A stretch of 32,000 nt of DNA from contig NC_009925.1 in the NCBI RefSeq assembly GCF_000018105.1, forward strand, positions 4,530,001 to 4,562,000. The letters run 5' to 3'. Each line of letters opens with the position of its first letter. Positions within the stretch are counted from its first letter, which is position 1. The notes beneath the pieces are model-generated. The model searched no databases, was not told the DNA's origin, and was given only the letters and a program-made list of their open reading frames with translations. This stretch comes from Acaryochloris marina MBIC11017 (lineage in GTDB: Bacteria > Cyanobacteriota > Cyanobacteriia > Thermosynechococcales > Thermosynechococcaceae). Below, one piece after another: positions 1-8,939 of this stretch. The translations under genes were made by a program, and so were the position numbers.

Positions 1-1457
1 CACCATTCAGAAACATTGCCATGCATATCATAGAGGCCAAAAGCATTGGCGACCTTAAAGTGGCCTACAGGCGTTGTCTCTCGGCCTACCTTACCTGCTT
101 CTTCCCGGAATATATTGACAAAGGTCATGAGGATTGTGGAATCATAGTTAGCAAATTCAGGGCTGATTGTATTGCCAAAGTGAAAGATAGTTTCGGTTTT
201 GGCCCGACAGGCGTATTCCCACTCCGCTTCGCTCGGCAAGCGGTAAGCCATTCCCGTTAGTCGAGAGAGACGATCACAAAACTCGACGGCCTCATACCAA
301 GAAACACTCTCAACGGGCAGTTGACTTCCCTTAAAGTGGGATGGGTCAGCCTTTAATTCAATAGAAATTTTCTCTAGCTGGGCAACAGCACGCCACTGTT
401 CTTGAGTGATGGGATACTTACTCATGTAGAACGGCGGAAGTTCTACAACATGCTGTGGCTTTTCATTTTTATCATGATATTTGTCATCATCTGTGGATCC
501 CATATGAAATTTCCCCCCAGGAATTTCGGCGAGCTCTAGGTCCACGTCAGACACCAATGTCTCGACATAATATTGAATTTGATGTGTTGTGCGCTGTTTT
601 TCTTTTCCTTCCTGGTTTATCAACACCACATCGAATGGTGTATGTGTATCTGGCTCTGAGGGGGGCCACTCTTTCAGTATTTCCTGCTGAATTTGGCCAG
701 CGACGTCCTCCGAAATTCCTAATGCCAGACGCAGGTCATTTAGAACTTCTTGAGCTTTTTCCAACTTTCCTTGCCGATGTTGGAGTTCAAGCTGCACTGC
801 GTTTCTAAATTCCTGACGATTAGACTTTTCAGTGTCATAGGCGGCCTTCAGCTCAATCCTGATCTGATCGATATCCCTATCAGACAGTTGATATTGTTCA
901 GCCAACCGAGCTAACATTTTTCGCTCAGCCGGAGAGATATCACCATCTTGGAAAAACTTCTCTGCTAGCTGCTTATACTCCGTAATGCCTGTCTGCCTTC
1001 TCTGGGCTTGTTGTGCTGCCAGAATCTGTGCTTGAATATCTTGGGCGATTCGACTCACCTCTTGGACAACGGGTGTCCAAGAGGGGCCTTGAGTCATATG
1101 GGCAAACTGGGGTTGAGCCGTTTCAAGTTCTTGATCTTGAGCCACATCTTGGAGCTTGGGTAATGAAGTCTGCTCGAAGTAGCTGGAGCGGATAAAGATG
1201 GAGAGGGTTGGTGTGGCTGTTAAGAACAAAATCACATCAGCCTGGTGAAGGAGACTATCACTGGGGTGTTTTATAGGGACTCCTGTATCAGACCTGCGAT
1301 CGCACCCCAATTCAATTAACCCTTTCTGCTGCAAATCCCTCAGATGCAGTTCCAGTGACTGGCATAACTCAAGGTGCTGATCAGCATTCGAGATCATCAC
1401 TTTAACCGGCTTAAGTGCCTGGTCTAAGCAGGAATTGGGCATGGGACGTTTCACCAT
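1..1457 (-). CDS. Edge-truncated multidomain protein with a tentative N-terminal TIR-like module, a helical linker and a C-terminal formylglycine-generating-enzyme (FGE/SUMF1-type) domain. The 3' end lies beyond the window.
   Basis: It is absent from the ORF track because it has no stop inside the window. Hand translation of the minus strand is open from ATG 1457 down to base 3. A second in-frame ATG lies at 1442, and an in-frame TAA at 1464-1466 bounds the start. The C-terminal half reads EIPGGKFHMGSTDDDKYHDKNEKPQHVVELPPFYMSKYPITQEQWRAV...SWYEAVEFCDRLSRLTGMAYRLPSEAEWEYACRA...ANAFGLYDMHGNVSEW, the classic FGE-sulfatase pattern. The N-terminal ~80 aa are only loosely TIR-like. Confidence 0.85.
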   Translation of the reverse strand, partial: MVKRPMPNSCLDQALKPVKVMISNADQHLELCQSLELHLRDLQQKGLIELGCDRRSDTGVPIKHPSDSLLHQADVILFLTATPTLSIFIRSSYFEQTSLPKLQDVAQDQELETAQPQFAHMTQGPSWTPVVQEVSRIAQDIQAQILAAQQAQRRQTGITEYKQLAEKFFQDGDISPAERKMLARLAEQYQLSDRDIDQIRIELKAAYDTEKSNRQEFRNAVQLELQHRQGKLEKAQEVLNDLRLALGISEDVAGQIQQEILKEWPPSEPDTHTPFDVVLINQEGKEKQRTTHQIQYYVETLVSDVDLELAEIPGGKFHMGSTDDDKYHDKNEKPQHVVELPPFYMSKYPITQEQWRAVAQLEKISIELKADPSHFKGSQLPVESVSWYEAVEFCDRLSRLTGMAYRLPSEAEWEYACRAKTETIFHFGNTISPEFANYDSTILMTFVNIFREEAGKVGRETTPVGHFKVANAFGLYDMHGNVSEW

Positions 1458-1806
1458 TTCTCGTTAATGTTCCCCGGCCTTTATGTCTCGTGATCAACCC
1501 TGCAGACTAAACACCTATTTTGAGACAGATCACCAATCTGACTCAGATAGGAATGTCCAATAGGCTATCCCTGCAATACCTGGAGTTTTAGCGAACTTAT
1601 TAGGTTTTCTTATGCCGTTTAACCTTGACCCTCAAGCCAGCTTTAAGGATTAGCCTAAGAACATGGCAATAGTCCTTTGTACCCAGACAAAATTAGTACC
1701 CCATCTCGCAAGAGTTAAGTCTTTAGATCCTGGTATCACCCCCAAGGGATTGAATAGGCTGGGAACAAGAAATACAACCCATCCAGTCAGGAGTCACTCT
1801 ATACCT

Positions 1807-2268
1807 ATGAAGTTTCGTTCTTCGTTTTTAATCGCAGCAGTTCTTTTACCCGTCATTGGCCTAGTTGGCATGGGGCAACCCTCTCAAGCCCAACCCGGCC
1901 AGAACTCATCGACTGTGCTGGCACAACGCCAAAAGCTGAGTCCAGAAGAACGGGCGGCTAAACGAGAAAAGCGAGCTGCACAATTTAAGCAGACCCTAGG
2001 TTTAACGGATACCCAAGTCACTCAAATTAAATCTATTCGCGACTCCTATCGACCCAAGATCAAAACCTTACGCCAAGAGGCTAAAACGCTACGGGAGGGG
2101 GGTGCCACTCAAGACCAACTCCAAACCCTTCGCCAGCAACGAAAAGAATTGCGCAAGCAAATGTACAACGATATCAAAGCTGAGCTGACTCCAGAGCAAG
2201 CTCAGAAGTTAGAAGAGCTTAAAGCTCAAAGAAAAGCCCAGAAGCGCAATCGTCGCCGGGACCAATAA
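1807..2268 (+). CDS. Periplasmic Spy/CpxP-family (LTXXQ-motif) protein
   Basis: This is track ORF 1663..2268. I prefer ATG 1807, which has AGGAG about 13 nt upstream and begins a signal peptide, MKFRSSFLIAAVLLPVIGLVGMGQPSQA. Two LTxxQ motifs (LTDTQ, LTPEQ) sit in a K/R/Q-rich helical body. Confidence 0.7.
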   Translation: MKFRSSFLIAAVLLPVIGLVGMGQPSQAQPGQNSSTVLAQRQKLSPEERAAKREKRAAQFKQTLGLTDTQVTQIKSIRDSYRPKIKTLRQEAKTLREGGATQDQLQTLRQQRKELRKQMYNDIKAELTPEQAQKLEELKAQRKAQKRNRRRDQ

Positions 2269-2327
2269 GGCTGAATAATCGGCACTAACCTCACCCAAAA
2301 TACGCTTGCACCTTTTACTCTCACTTT

Positions 2328-2372
2328 CCCCCATGCCCCAGAAGACTGATCAGCTTTTGAGGTATGGGGGGG
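2328..2372. terminator. Candidate bidirectional hairpin between the convergent Spy-like gene and leuC
   Basis: CCCCCATGCC (2328-2337) pairs with GGTATGGGGG (2361-2370), including one G-U pair. The loop contains the palindrome CTGATCAG. No clear U-tract follows on either strand, so terminator function is uncertain. Confidence 0.25.
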
Positions 2373-2439
2373 TTATCTCAGAATGTCCCGATCAATCACA
2401 CTGCTCCAAATGCAAAGGCAAGATGCTGACTAGGCCGAA

Positions 2440-3855
2440 TTAAGGGCTTGCCTTAGGGATTTGGCGGACATCTGCAACTTCGCCTTTGATGGCAGCTGCC
2501 ACTACCATCGCCGGACTCATCAGCAATGTTCGCCCAGATGCAGACCCCTGGCGTCCTTTAAAATTCCGATTGGAAGAAGACGCACTGAGCTGCCGCCCTT
2601 GGAGCTTATCGGGATTCATAGCCAAACACATGGAACATCCCGGCTCTCGCCATTCAAATCCAGCTTGTTCAAAAATATGGTGTAAACCTTCCGACTCGGC
2701 CTGCTGTTTAACTTGCTCTGATCCGGGTACCACAAAAGCTTTTACCCCAGCGGCAACCTGGTTGCCTTTAGCAAACTGGGCAGCCTCGCGTAGATCACTG
2801 ATTCTGCCATTGGTACAACTGCCAATAAAACAGACATCCACCTTGGTCCCTTGAATCGGTTGCCCCGGCTGCAAGTCCATATACTTGTAAGCTTCAGAGG
2901 CAATGGGCTGATCGGCATCCGTAAAATGGTCGAGGCCAGGAATCGCCTCATCAATACCAATGCCCTGACCTGGCGTAATGCCCCAAGTCACCGTGGGTGA
3001 AATATCCTGGGCATCAAATACAACCACATCGTCATACACAGCATCAGCATCACTGCGAATACTCTGCCACCACGCCACCGCTTGGTCCCAATCTGCCCCC
3101 TTAGGTGCTGCTTCCCGTCCTTTGAGATACTCAAAAGTGATGGTGTCAGGATTGACGTAGCCACAGCGTGCTCCACCCTCGATGGACATATTGCACACCG
3201 TCATCCGCTCATCCATGGTCATTTGCTCAAAGGTAGTTCCAGCAAATTCATAGGCATACCCCACACCCCCTTTTACTCCCAGGGTGCGAATGATATGCAA
3301 GATCACATCTTTGGCATACACACCAGCAGGCAAAGTCCCGTTGACTTCCACTTTGCGCACTTTGAGTTTGGCAAGGGCAAGGGTCTGGGAAGCCAGCACA
3401 TCTCGTACTTGGCTTGTACCAATCCCAAATGAGATGGCACCAAACGCCCCATGGGTTGAAGTATGGCTATCACCACAGGCAATCGTCATGCCTGGTTGGG
3501 TTAAACCTTGTTCAGGTGCAATAACATGGACAATCCCCTGCTTACCTGAGCCAATGTTATGAAAGGTAATGCCATGGTCTTGGCAGCTCTGCTCCAATGC
3601 CTGCATCATTTCTTCTGCCAGAGTATCGGCAAAGGGACGCGCCTGATTTTCTGTCGGGACGATATGATCGACTGTCGCCACCGTTCGTTGTGGATATAAA
3701 ACGTTTAGCCCTCGATCTTTCAGCATCGTAAATGCTTGAGGACTCGTCACTTCATGGATAAGATGGAGGCCAATAAATAACTGGGTCTGACCAGAGGGGA
3801 GTACATCTACGGTATGTAAGTCCCAAACTTTATCAAATAGCGTGCCCTGGCTCAT
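2440..3855 (-). CDS. leuC: 3-isopropylmalate dehydratase large subunit
   Basis: The 471-aa ORF starts [16 protein letters not shown] and continues [13 protein letters not shown]...[15 protein letters not shown]...IGSCTNGR...GCSMCLAMN. These are aconitase-family Fe-S cluster cysteine motifs typical of LeuC. No leuD is adjacent. Confidence 0.97.
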   Translation of the reverse strand: MSQGTLFDKVWDLHTVDVLPSGQTQLFIGLHLIHEVTSPQAFTMLKDRGLNVLYPQRTVATVDHIVPTENQARPFADTLAEEMMQALEQSCQDHGITFHNIGSGKQGIVHVIAPEQGLTQPGMTIACGDSHTSTHGAFGAISFGIGTSQVRDVLASQTLALAKLKVRKVEVNGTLPAGVYAKDVILHIIRTLGVKGGVGYAYEFAGTTFEQMTMDERMTVCNMSIEGGARCGYVNPDTITFEYLKGREAAPKGADWDQAVAWWQSIRSDADAVYDDVVVFDAQDISPTVTWGITPGQGIGIDEAIPGLDHFTDADQPIASEAYKYMDLQPGQPIQGTKVDVCFIGSCTNGRISDLREAAQFAKGNQVAAGVKAFVVPGSEQVKQQAESEGLHHIFEQAGFEWREPGCSMCLAMNPDKLQGRQLSASSSNRNFKGRQGSASGRTLLMSPAMVVAAAIKGEVADVRQIPKASP

Positions 3856-3966
3856 ATATCGAAGTCAATAATGGTATCATCGGACTCCAATTTTATCTCA
3901 ATTATGGAAAGGGGTTAGGGCAGATTCTGGGGGGTAGTGACGGTTCAGTAGGGAAAGACAGGTTCT

Positions 3967-4308
3967 ATGGGTAAGAAACAGCGTCCTCAATCCGATCGCC
4001 GAGTGTATAGTGAATTTGGTAATTCTCCAGCACCCGATCCAACCTCCCGTCCCGATCCGCCTCCTGCTCAACAGACTTTGAAGATTCAAGTCTCCCGTAA
4101 GGGGCGTAAAGGCAAAACCGTAACCATTATTAGTGGCTTTCAAGCCCAACCGACCACCCTAGCCGATTTAACAAAAAAGCTGAAAGCTCAATGTGGTGCT
4201 GGTGGCACCCTCAAAGACAAAGAAATTGAGGTCCAAGGCGATCATCGCCAAAAACTCGCAGACTACCTCAAGAAACAAGGATATTCCGTTAAATTCGTGG
4301 GTGGCTAA
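3967..4308 (+). CDS. SUI1/YciH-family translation initiation factor-like protein
   Basis: The 113-aa protein reads ...IQVSRKGRKGKTVTIISGF...LKKLKAQCGAGGTLKDKEIEVQGDHRQKLADYLKKQGYSVKFVGG, the typical SUI1 core. Confidence 0.9.
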   Translation: MGKKQRPQSDRRVYSEFGNSPAPDPTSRPDPPPAQQTLKIQVSRKGRKGKTVTIISGFQAQPTTLADLTKKLKAQCGAGGTLKDKEIEVQGDHRQKLADYLKKQGYSVKFVGG

Positions 4309-4375
4309 GTCTAGGTTACAGACGTAGGTTCCCGGAACAAGGGAATCAGAAACATTGAGGTATCCTCTTCTGCCC

Positions 4376-4717
4376 TTAAATGTCGGCTTGCAAACCAAAA
4401 TAGGTTAATACCAGGTCTTCTTGCCCCGTATTTACCACTTCATGAACTTCATGGGGTTCTACCGTGATACAAATCCCCGGTGTTAGGGTGTGAGTGATGC
4501 CTTCAATCTGCATTGTCCCAGTCCCTGCTTCAACAAAGAACACTTCATACATATCTGGATGGGAATGAGCCTTGGCCATTTGACCGGCAGGGAAACGAGC
4601 TTGAGAGAATTGAGTCAGTTGAGAAATCTCTCCCGATCTCAACATCACCTTTTTAGAGATGGCCGCATTATGGCGAACAATTTCGTTAGGCAGGGTTTGC
4701 ATTTGGGTGATTTTCAT
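4376..4717 (-). CDS. Cupin-domain protein
   Basis: The track ORF extends to 4765. The internal ATG at 4717 (MKITQMQTLPNE) gives a typical ~113-aa single cupin with AHSHPDMYEVFFVEAGTG...VEPHEVHEVVNTG (cupin motifs 1 and 2). Confidence 0.75.
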   Translation of the reverse strand: MKITQMQTLPNEIVRHNAAISKKVMLRSGEISQLTQFSQARFPAGQMAKAHSHPDMYEVFFVEAGTGTMQIEGITHTLTPGICITVEPHEVHEVVNTGQEDLVLTYFGLQADI

Positions 4718-4826
4718 CGCAGTAATGAGGATTAGAGATCTCAGCACACAGGACTTACAAACCAATGGTGCCTAGCCTTAGTGATAGCAAAAAATCACCT
4801 ATCAGAGTTGCTGTGCATGAGGGGTT

Positions 4827-5048
4827 CTAATTTTTCCCAGAAGGTTCTGAGCGTACTTCTGATAAATAAAAAATTCCTTCTCGATCCAGGTCGATAACGC
4901 CTTGACCCCGCAAGTTTTGGCAAACCCAACTCACCTTTGCCGAGGTTGAATGGGTGTGGCCAATCAATGAGACTAAGGTCTGGGGCTCGTTGGAAATAAG
5001 TTCAATGATTTGAGCGGTCAGTGAGTCTTCTTCCTTCCCAGATACCAT
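4827..5048 (-). CDS. Small hypothetical protein, possibly winged-helix-like
   Basis: This is a 73-aa ORF 35 bp downstream of tRNA-Val on the same strand. I recognise no motif. The segment IIELISNEPQTLVSLIGHTHSTSAKVSWVCQNLRGQGVIDL looks HTH-like, which is weak support. Confidence 0.35.
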   Translation of the reverse strand: MVSGKEEDSLTAQIIELISNEPQTLVSLIGHTHSTSAKVSWVCQNLRGQGVIDLDREGIFYLSEVRSEPSGKN

Positions 5049-5083
5049 TGAACCCCCAATCTACCCTGATCAGAAAATGGTAA

Positions 5084-5157
5084 TGGACACATCCCGACTC
5101 GAACGGGAGACCCCCACGATGTCAACGTGGTGCTCTAACCAACTGAGCTATGCGTCC
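5084..5157 (-). tRNA. trnV: tRNA-Val (anticodon GAC)
   Basis: The reverse complement is GGACGCA-TA-GCTC-AGTTGGTTA-GAGC-A-CCACG-TTGACAT-CGTGG-GGGTC-TCCCG-TTCGAGT-CGGGA-TGTGTCC-A. It folds into a 74-nt cloverleaf with a 7-bp acceptor stem (one G-U), a TTCGAGT T-loop and anticodon GAC. CCA is not encoded. Confidence 0.92.
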
Positions 5158-5188
5158 GTAGACATTAAAATTATCACACGTAGAGAGT

Positions 5189-5551
5189 TTATGTAAACTG
5201 AGCATCACTGGAGTTCGCGCTCAGCCCTTTCTCTACATACTCAGATACGACATCTTGGAGATGCTCAACTAAGTCTGGGTCCATGTACTGATAGTCATCT
5301 GGGATATCCAGAATATGAATGGGGGTGTGGTCTGCCCATTGCTTAAATTGGGCCAGAATTCGATTTTTATGCTTTTTCTCCATCACTAGGACCAGATCGG
5401 CCCAGCGAAGATCGGCCATGGACAGAGTCCGCTTAGCTTTGGGGCTGGTGCCTGCGGATCGCACCTGCAAGCCTGGATAATTTTTCCAGACTTGCTCTGC
5501 TGTTGGACTGCGCCACTGGTTACGACTACAGACAAACAATATCTTCAGCAT
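5189..5551 (-). CDS. Low-molecular-weight phosphotyrosine phosphatase-like protein (COG4551-type)
   Basis: The 120-aa protein starts MLKILFVCSRNQWRSPTAE, which carries the CX5R(S/T) P-loop at the N-terminus as in LMW-PTP/ArsC-like enzymes. Confidence 0.8.
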   Translation of the reverse strand: MLKILFVCSRNQWRSPTAEQVWKNYPGLQVRSAGTSPKAKRTLSMADLRWADLVLVMEKKHKNRILAQFKQWADHTPIHILDIPDDYQYMDPDLVEHLQDVVSEYVEKGLSANSSDAQFT

Positions 5552-5560
5552 CTTGTGATG

Positions 5561-5845
5561 TTATCCAACGTCTTCCACCTCTAAAAGCAAGTCTCGCCAG
5601 GGTTTACGGGGATATTCAAACCCGAGCTGTGCCGCTCTTTTTAGCTTTCTGGACCGCCAATATAATAGCCTCCAGTCTTTACTGGGACGGATCTGGGCTG
5701 GCTCTCCATAGGATGGACAGCCTTTCACTTTCGCAAATCGGCCACGCTTGACGGTTTGACCACCTAACAGCCGGACTTGGCGATGTCGAATTTTGACCGC
5801 TCGCTGCCGTCGTCTCCATGCGCGATCGCGTTTGGTATTTATCAT
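5561..5845 (-). CDS. Small arginine-rich hypothetical protein
   Basis: The 94-aa ORF ends in TAA 9 nt before the ATG of the phosphatase-like gene, which suggests an operon. The product is very basic and has no motif I recognise. Confidence 0.45.
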   Translation of the reverse strand: MINTKRDRAWRRRQRAVKIRHRQVRLLGGQTVKRGRFAKVKGCPSYGEPAQIRPSKDWRLLYWRSRKLKRAAQLGFEYPRKPWRDLLLEVEDVG

Positions 5846-5944
5846 TAATCTTCTCTGATTTATCAGCAGTAGCAGCCGCGATAAGACCCAGAGAAATGGC
5901 TATTCAGGTGAGACCGGACTCTATCCTAGCCTAAGGAAACTGAC

Positions 5945-6799
5945 TCAATCAAAAACAACGGTGCGATGGTTATAGACCAAGACCCGGTTTTGCAGGTGAA
6001 GACGAACTGCTCTGGCCAATGCGGAACGTTCTACATCTTTGCCCTTACGGATAAATTCATCACTGGAATCCCGGTGACTGACTCGTACGACTTCTTGTTC
6101 AATAATGGGGCCTTCATCCAGCTCTTCGGTCACATAGTGGGCTGTCGCACCAATAATTTTGACGCCACGCTTATAGGCTCTTTGGTAGGGATTTGCCCCC
6201 GGAAAGGCAGGCAGGAAGGAGTGGTGAATATTGATGGTGGAAGAGAAGGCGGCGATGAATTGAGGGCTGAGGATTTGCATGTACTTGGCAAGGACCACTA
6301 AGTCAATGTTGTATTGCTTGAGTAAGGCAAGCTGTTGTTTCTCCTGCCGCGCTTTACTCTCTTTGTTGATGGGTAAGTGGTAAAAGTCGATGTTGAATTG
6401 TTCGGCAATCGGTTGCAGGGTGTCATGATTGCTGATGATCAGGGGAATTTCGACGGGAAGATCGCCAGCCTGTTGTCGCCACAGTAAATCCAGCAGGCAG
6501 TGATCCTGCTTGCTTACCCAAATAGACATGCGAGGTTTGCAGTCGGAAAAGTGCAGTTGCCAGTTGGCCCGTAAGGATTCTGCCAGTTCAGAGAATTGAG
6601 TACCGATTTGCGATCGCGATAACTGAAACCCCTCTAAACTCCATTCCAGACGACTGAGAAATAATTGATTGGTGAAATCCGTATGGTGATCGGCATGGAT
6701 GATGTTGCCATGATGAGTTGCAATAAAGTGGGCAATTTTAGCCACTAGCCCTTGTTGATCTGGGCAAGAAATGAGGAGCGTTGCTGTTGGTGCAGACAT
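5945..6799 (-). CDS. purU: Formyltetrahydrofolate deformylase
   Basis: The track ORF runs to 6910. ATG 6799 (MSAPTATLLISCPDQQGLVAKIAHFI, an ACT domain) gives the canonical ~284 aa. The C-terminal formyl-transferase core reads INIHHSFLPAFPGANPYQRAY..GVKIIGATAHYVTEELDEGPII. Confidence 0.93.
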   Translation of the reverse strand: MSAPTATLLISCPDQQGLVAKIAHFIATHHGNIIHADHHTDFTNQLFLSRLEWSLEGFQLSRSQIGTQFSELAESLRANWQLHFSDCKPRMSIWVSKQDHCLLDLLWRQQAGDLPVEIPLIISNHDTLQPIAEQFNIDFYHLPINKESKARQEKQQLALLKQYNIDLVVLAKYMQILSPQFIAAFSSTINIHHSFLPAFPGANPYQRAYKRGVKIIGATAHYVTEELDEGPIIEQEVVRVSHRDSSDEFIRKGKDVERSALARAVRLHLQNRVLVYNHRTVVFD

Positions 6800-7029
6800 A
6801 GCCGATCCCATTGTTTTAACTGCTGCCAAGCTTACACATTTTGTCTCCCAGTGACTAGTCCATGCATTGAGCCGATTGAGCTTGCAAAGACAAAGCGTGA
6901 GGACAACCACACGAATTGTTGGGTAAGTATGTTCAGCATTCCCTTATACCAGGAGAGTTCTACATTGCGGTATAACTTCAACACACCAGCATGGGGTTGG
7001 AGAGAATTGACTGAATTAACTGAATAGAT

Positions 7030-7620
7030 AAATTCTGATCATGGAAGTTCAAACAGGAAAACTTTTTCTGAGTGGGATCACCCAGTTTTTAGAAAAAGAT
7101 TAAATCAGGCTTCAATGATAAATTTCTATGCGTACAAGATACTAAATCAAACATTTAGTATACATAGGAAATAATAGGGCTAAAATGGGAGGCTCAATAT
7201 ATGATCTATAGCATGAGAGTTTTTCCAATAAATGATAAAAGTTTCGATGGCATAGATAATAATTTAAGTTCATGAAAATTTCATTAATGTAGGATAATTT
7301 GTTAATTAAAATATCCTTAAGTACTTGTATATAAAGGGTTATAGCCTTGAAAATTTCATATCTTTGTCTAGATAAAGACGTTTTTCTGCTTATTTTGTCT
7401 GTAGGAATTGATTTTTGATTTTAATTTAATTATTCTAGATTTATATCTAATTCGATAATAGATTATAGCTTAAGTGATTACACTGAAATTCTAATATATA
7501 TTCTAGGCAATTTATATTTTGATTATACATTAAGTTGAATCGATCGTTTTTTGATATTAAGTAATCGCACTGAAGAAAATAGAAGATTGGTAAGCCAAAA
7601 TAGGGGTAAGAGAGATGGCT
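7030..7620. promoter_or_regulatory. About 600 bp of very AT-rich non-coding DNA upstream of the HlyD-like/cellulose synthase operon and divergent from purU
   Basis: Three 60-nt lines I hand-counted give 17%, 20% and 30% G+C, against ~50% in the flanks. There is no ORF of 60 aa or more and no HIP1 site. The 12-mer TGAAAATTTCAT occurs twice (7273-7284 and 7348-7359). Confidence 0.3.
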
Positions 7621-7635
7621 TAGAGTTCGCGAGTT

Positions 7636-8931
7636 ATGACCACCGGAATTGAGAATTTCCCCAATAATGAATCAACTTACCAATTAGACAAAGAGAAACA
7701 AGCCCCGACTCCGTCTAAGCCTTTATCTTTGCCTTCCCGGCAAACCGTCTTTAAGTTCCTACGTCTAGGCACTGGTATTGGTGTTTTAGCAATTTTAGGT
7801 TCCTATTTATGGCGGAGCCAAACCTCAGTGGTTAGCCACCAAGCCTATATCAATGCCCCTATCCTGTCCTTGCACTCCCCAATGCAAGGACAGCTAACCC
7901 TCAACAATTTAATCCCTGGGGAAACCTTAACCGCCGGCACTCAAATTGGACAAGTACAAAATTTGCGTACCCCTGAGATCGAAGTTAATCGTCAGCAACT
8001 TCAGTCGCAATTGCGATTAGACCAATCTCAGCTGCTGCTCCTACAACAAAAAATTGCCAATCGGCGACAACTCCTGGCTGACTTCTCACAAAAGTTAGTG
8101 TTACAGCAGAACTACCAAGCCACCTATCATACTCAGCAAATCAGACTACAAGAAGCCCAGTTACGGGATGCTCAGCATGCAGCCAAACTAGCTGATGTGC
8201 AAGCTGAGCGGTATGGTTCCTTAGTCAAAGCAGGGGTCGTATCTCGCGATCGAGCAGACCAGGCTATTACTGCGGCTCAACGGGCCAATGAGGTAGTGCG
8301 AAATCGCCAGGCCGATCTGAACCAAGCCCGGGCAGAGCAGGCGGCCAGTACCAATGGCTTACAGCTCAGTGGCTCTAAAACCTTTAGTCTGCCAGATATT
8401 CGAGCCCGAGAACTGCGAACCGAGATTGCTGACTTAGAAGAGCAAGTCCAGGTCTTACGCACCCAAATTGAGCAAGATAATCTCAAAATCGCTCATATTT
8501 CCCAACAGCTCACCCTCAGGCAAAATGCTCCTATTACGGTTCCCACAGATAGCGTAGTGTGGTCAGTAGAACGGCGCGGTGGGGCCTTAGGTCAACATGT
8601 GGATAGTGGTGACCCACTGATTAAGCTCCTGGATTGTAAGCAGGTCTGGGTCGATGCCTTTATGGCTGAAGAAGATGTGCGTAGCCTGCAAATCGGCTCT
8701 GCTGTGAATGTCCGGTTACTGACCGATGGCCAGCAAGATCAAATTGAAGGTCGCATCCAATCCATTCGCTCAGGAGTCGGTCGAGTCGTCACGGGACAAG
8801 ACGTCGCTCTGCCACCCCCGGAATTAGTGAAGCGCGCTGTTGCCGTAAGGATTATGCTGGCCTCCGATGACCTGAAGCCTGAGCGGTTCTGTAGTGTCGG
8901 CCGCAGTGTCGAAGTTGTCGTCTCTCGCTAA
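7636..8931 (+). CDS. HlyD-family membrane-fusion (periplasmic adaptor) protein, of the type associated with cellulose synthase (XcsB-like)
   Basis: The 431-aa protein has an N-terminal TM helix (FLRLGTGIGVLAILGSYLW) and a barrel-sandwich start (AYINAPILSLHSPMQGQL). A long Q/L/R-rich coiled-coil hairpin and a C-terminal beta-barrel segment follow. Its stop lies 8 nt before the synthase ATG. Confidence 0.85.
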   Translation: MTTGIENFPNNESTYQLDKEKQAPTPSKPLSLPSRQTVFKFLRLGTGIGVLAILGSYLWRSQTSVVSHQAYINAPILSLHSPMQGQLTLNNLIPGETLTAGTQIGQVQNLRTPEIEVNRQQLQSQLRLDQSQLLLLQQKIANRRQLLADFSQKLVLQQNYQATYHTQQIRLQEAQLRDAQHAAKLADVQAERYGSLVKAGVVSRDRADQAITAAQRANEVVRNRQADLNQARAEQAASTNGLQLSGSKTFSLPDIRARELRTEIADLEEQVQVLRTQIEQDNLKIAHISQQLTLRQNAPITVPTDSVVWSVERRGGALGQHVDSGDPLIKLLDCKQVWVDAFMAEEDVRSLQIGSAVNVRLLTDGQQDQIEGRIQSIRSGVGRVVTGQDVALPPPELVKRAVAVRIMLASDDLKPERFCSVGRSVEVVVSR

Positions 8932-8939
8932 GGCCATCC

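Noticed and set aside
21-1195. Plus-strand ORFs 21..260, 455..808 and 1013..1195 from the track
   Set aside because: They lie antisense to a continuous minus-strand frame that encodes a clear FGE-sulfatase domain. Their own products have no recognisable features, so I treat them as shadow ORFs.
1663-1806. N-terminal extensions of track ORFs. These are 1663 for the Spy-like gene, 4765 for the cupin, 6910 for purU, 14097 for the oxygenase, 22282 for SWIM, 27169 for the DUF6745-like gene and 27335 for the small protein.
   Set aside because: In each case an internal ATG gives the canonical family N-terminus or signal peptide and removes a long overlap with the neighbouring gene. The extensions are just the longest-ORF convention of the track.
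2461-3562. Seven short ORFs on both strands inside leuC (e.g. 2486..2854 +, 3082..3432 +, 2742..2960 -)
   Set aside because: They are fully nested in the strongly supported leuC reading frame, and their translations are low-complexity or Cys/Pro/Arg-rich, which is typical of off-frame artefacts.
4827-5157. A genomic island integrated at tRNA-Val
   Set aside because: There is no integrase, no direct repeat of the tRNA 3' end and no compositional shift next to the tRNA. The flanking genes (cupin, phosphatase-like, purU) look resident.
7636-8931. The HlyD-like gene as the type I secretion adaptor for the RTX adhesin
   Set aside because: It lies 19 kb away and is translationally linked to the cellulose synthase. 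No ABC transporter accompanies it. The cellulose-export role explains it better.
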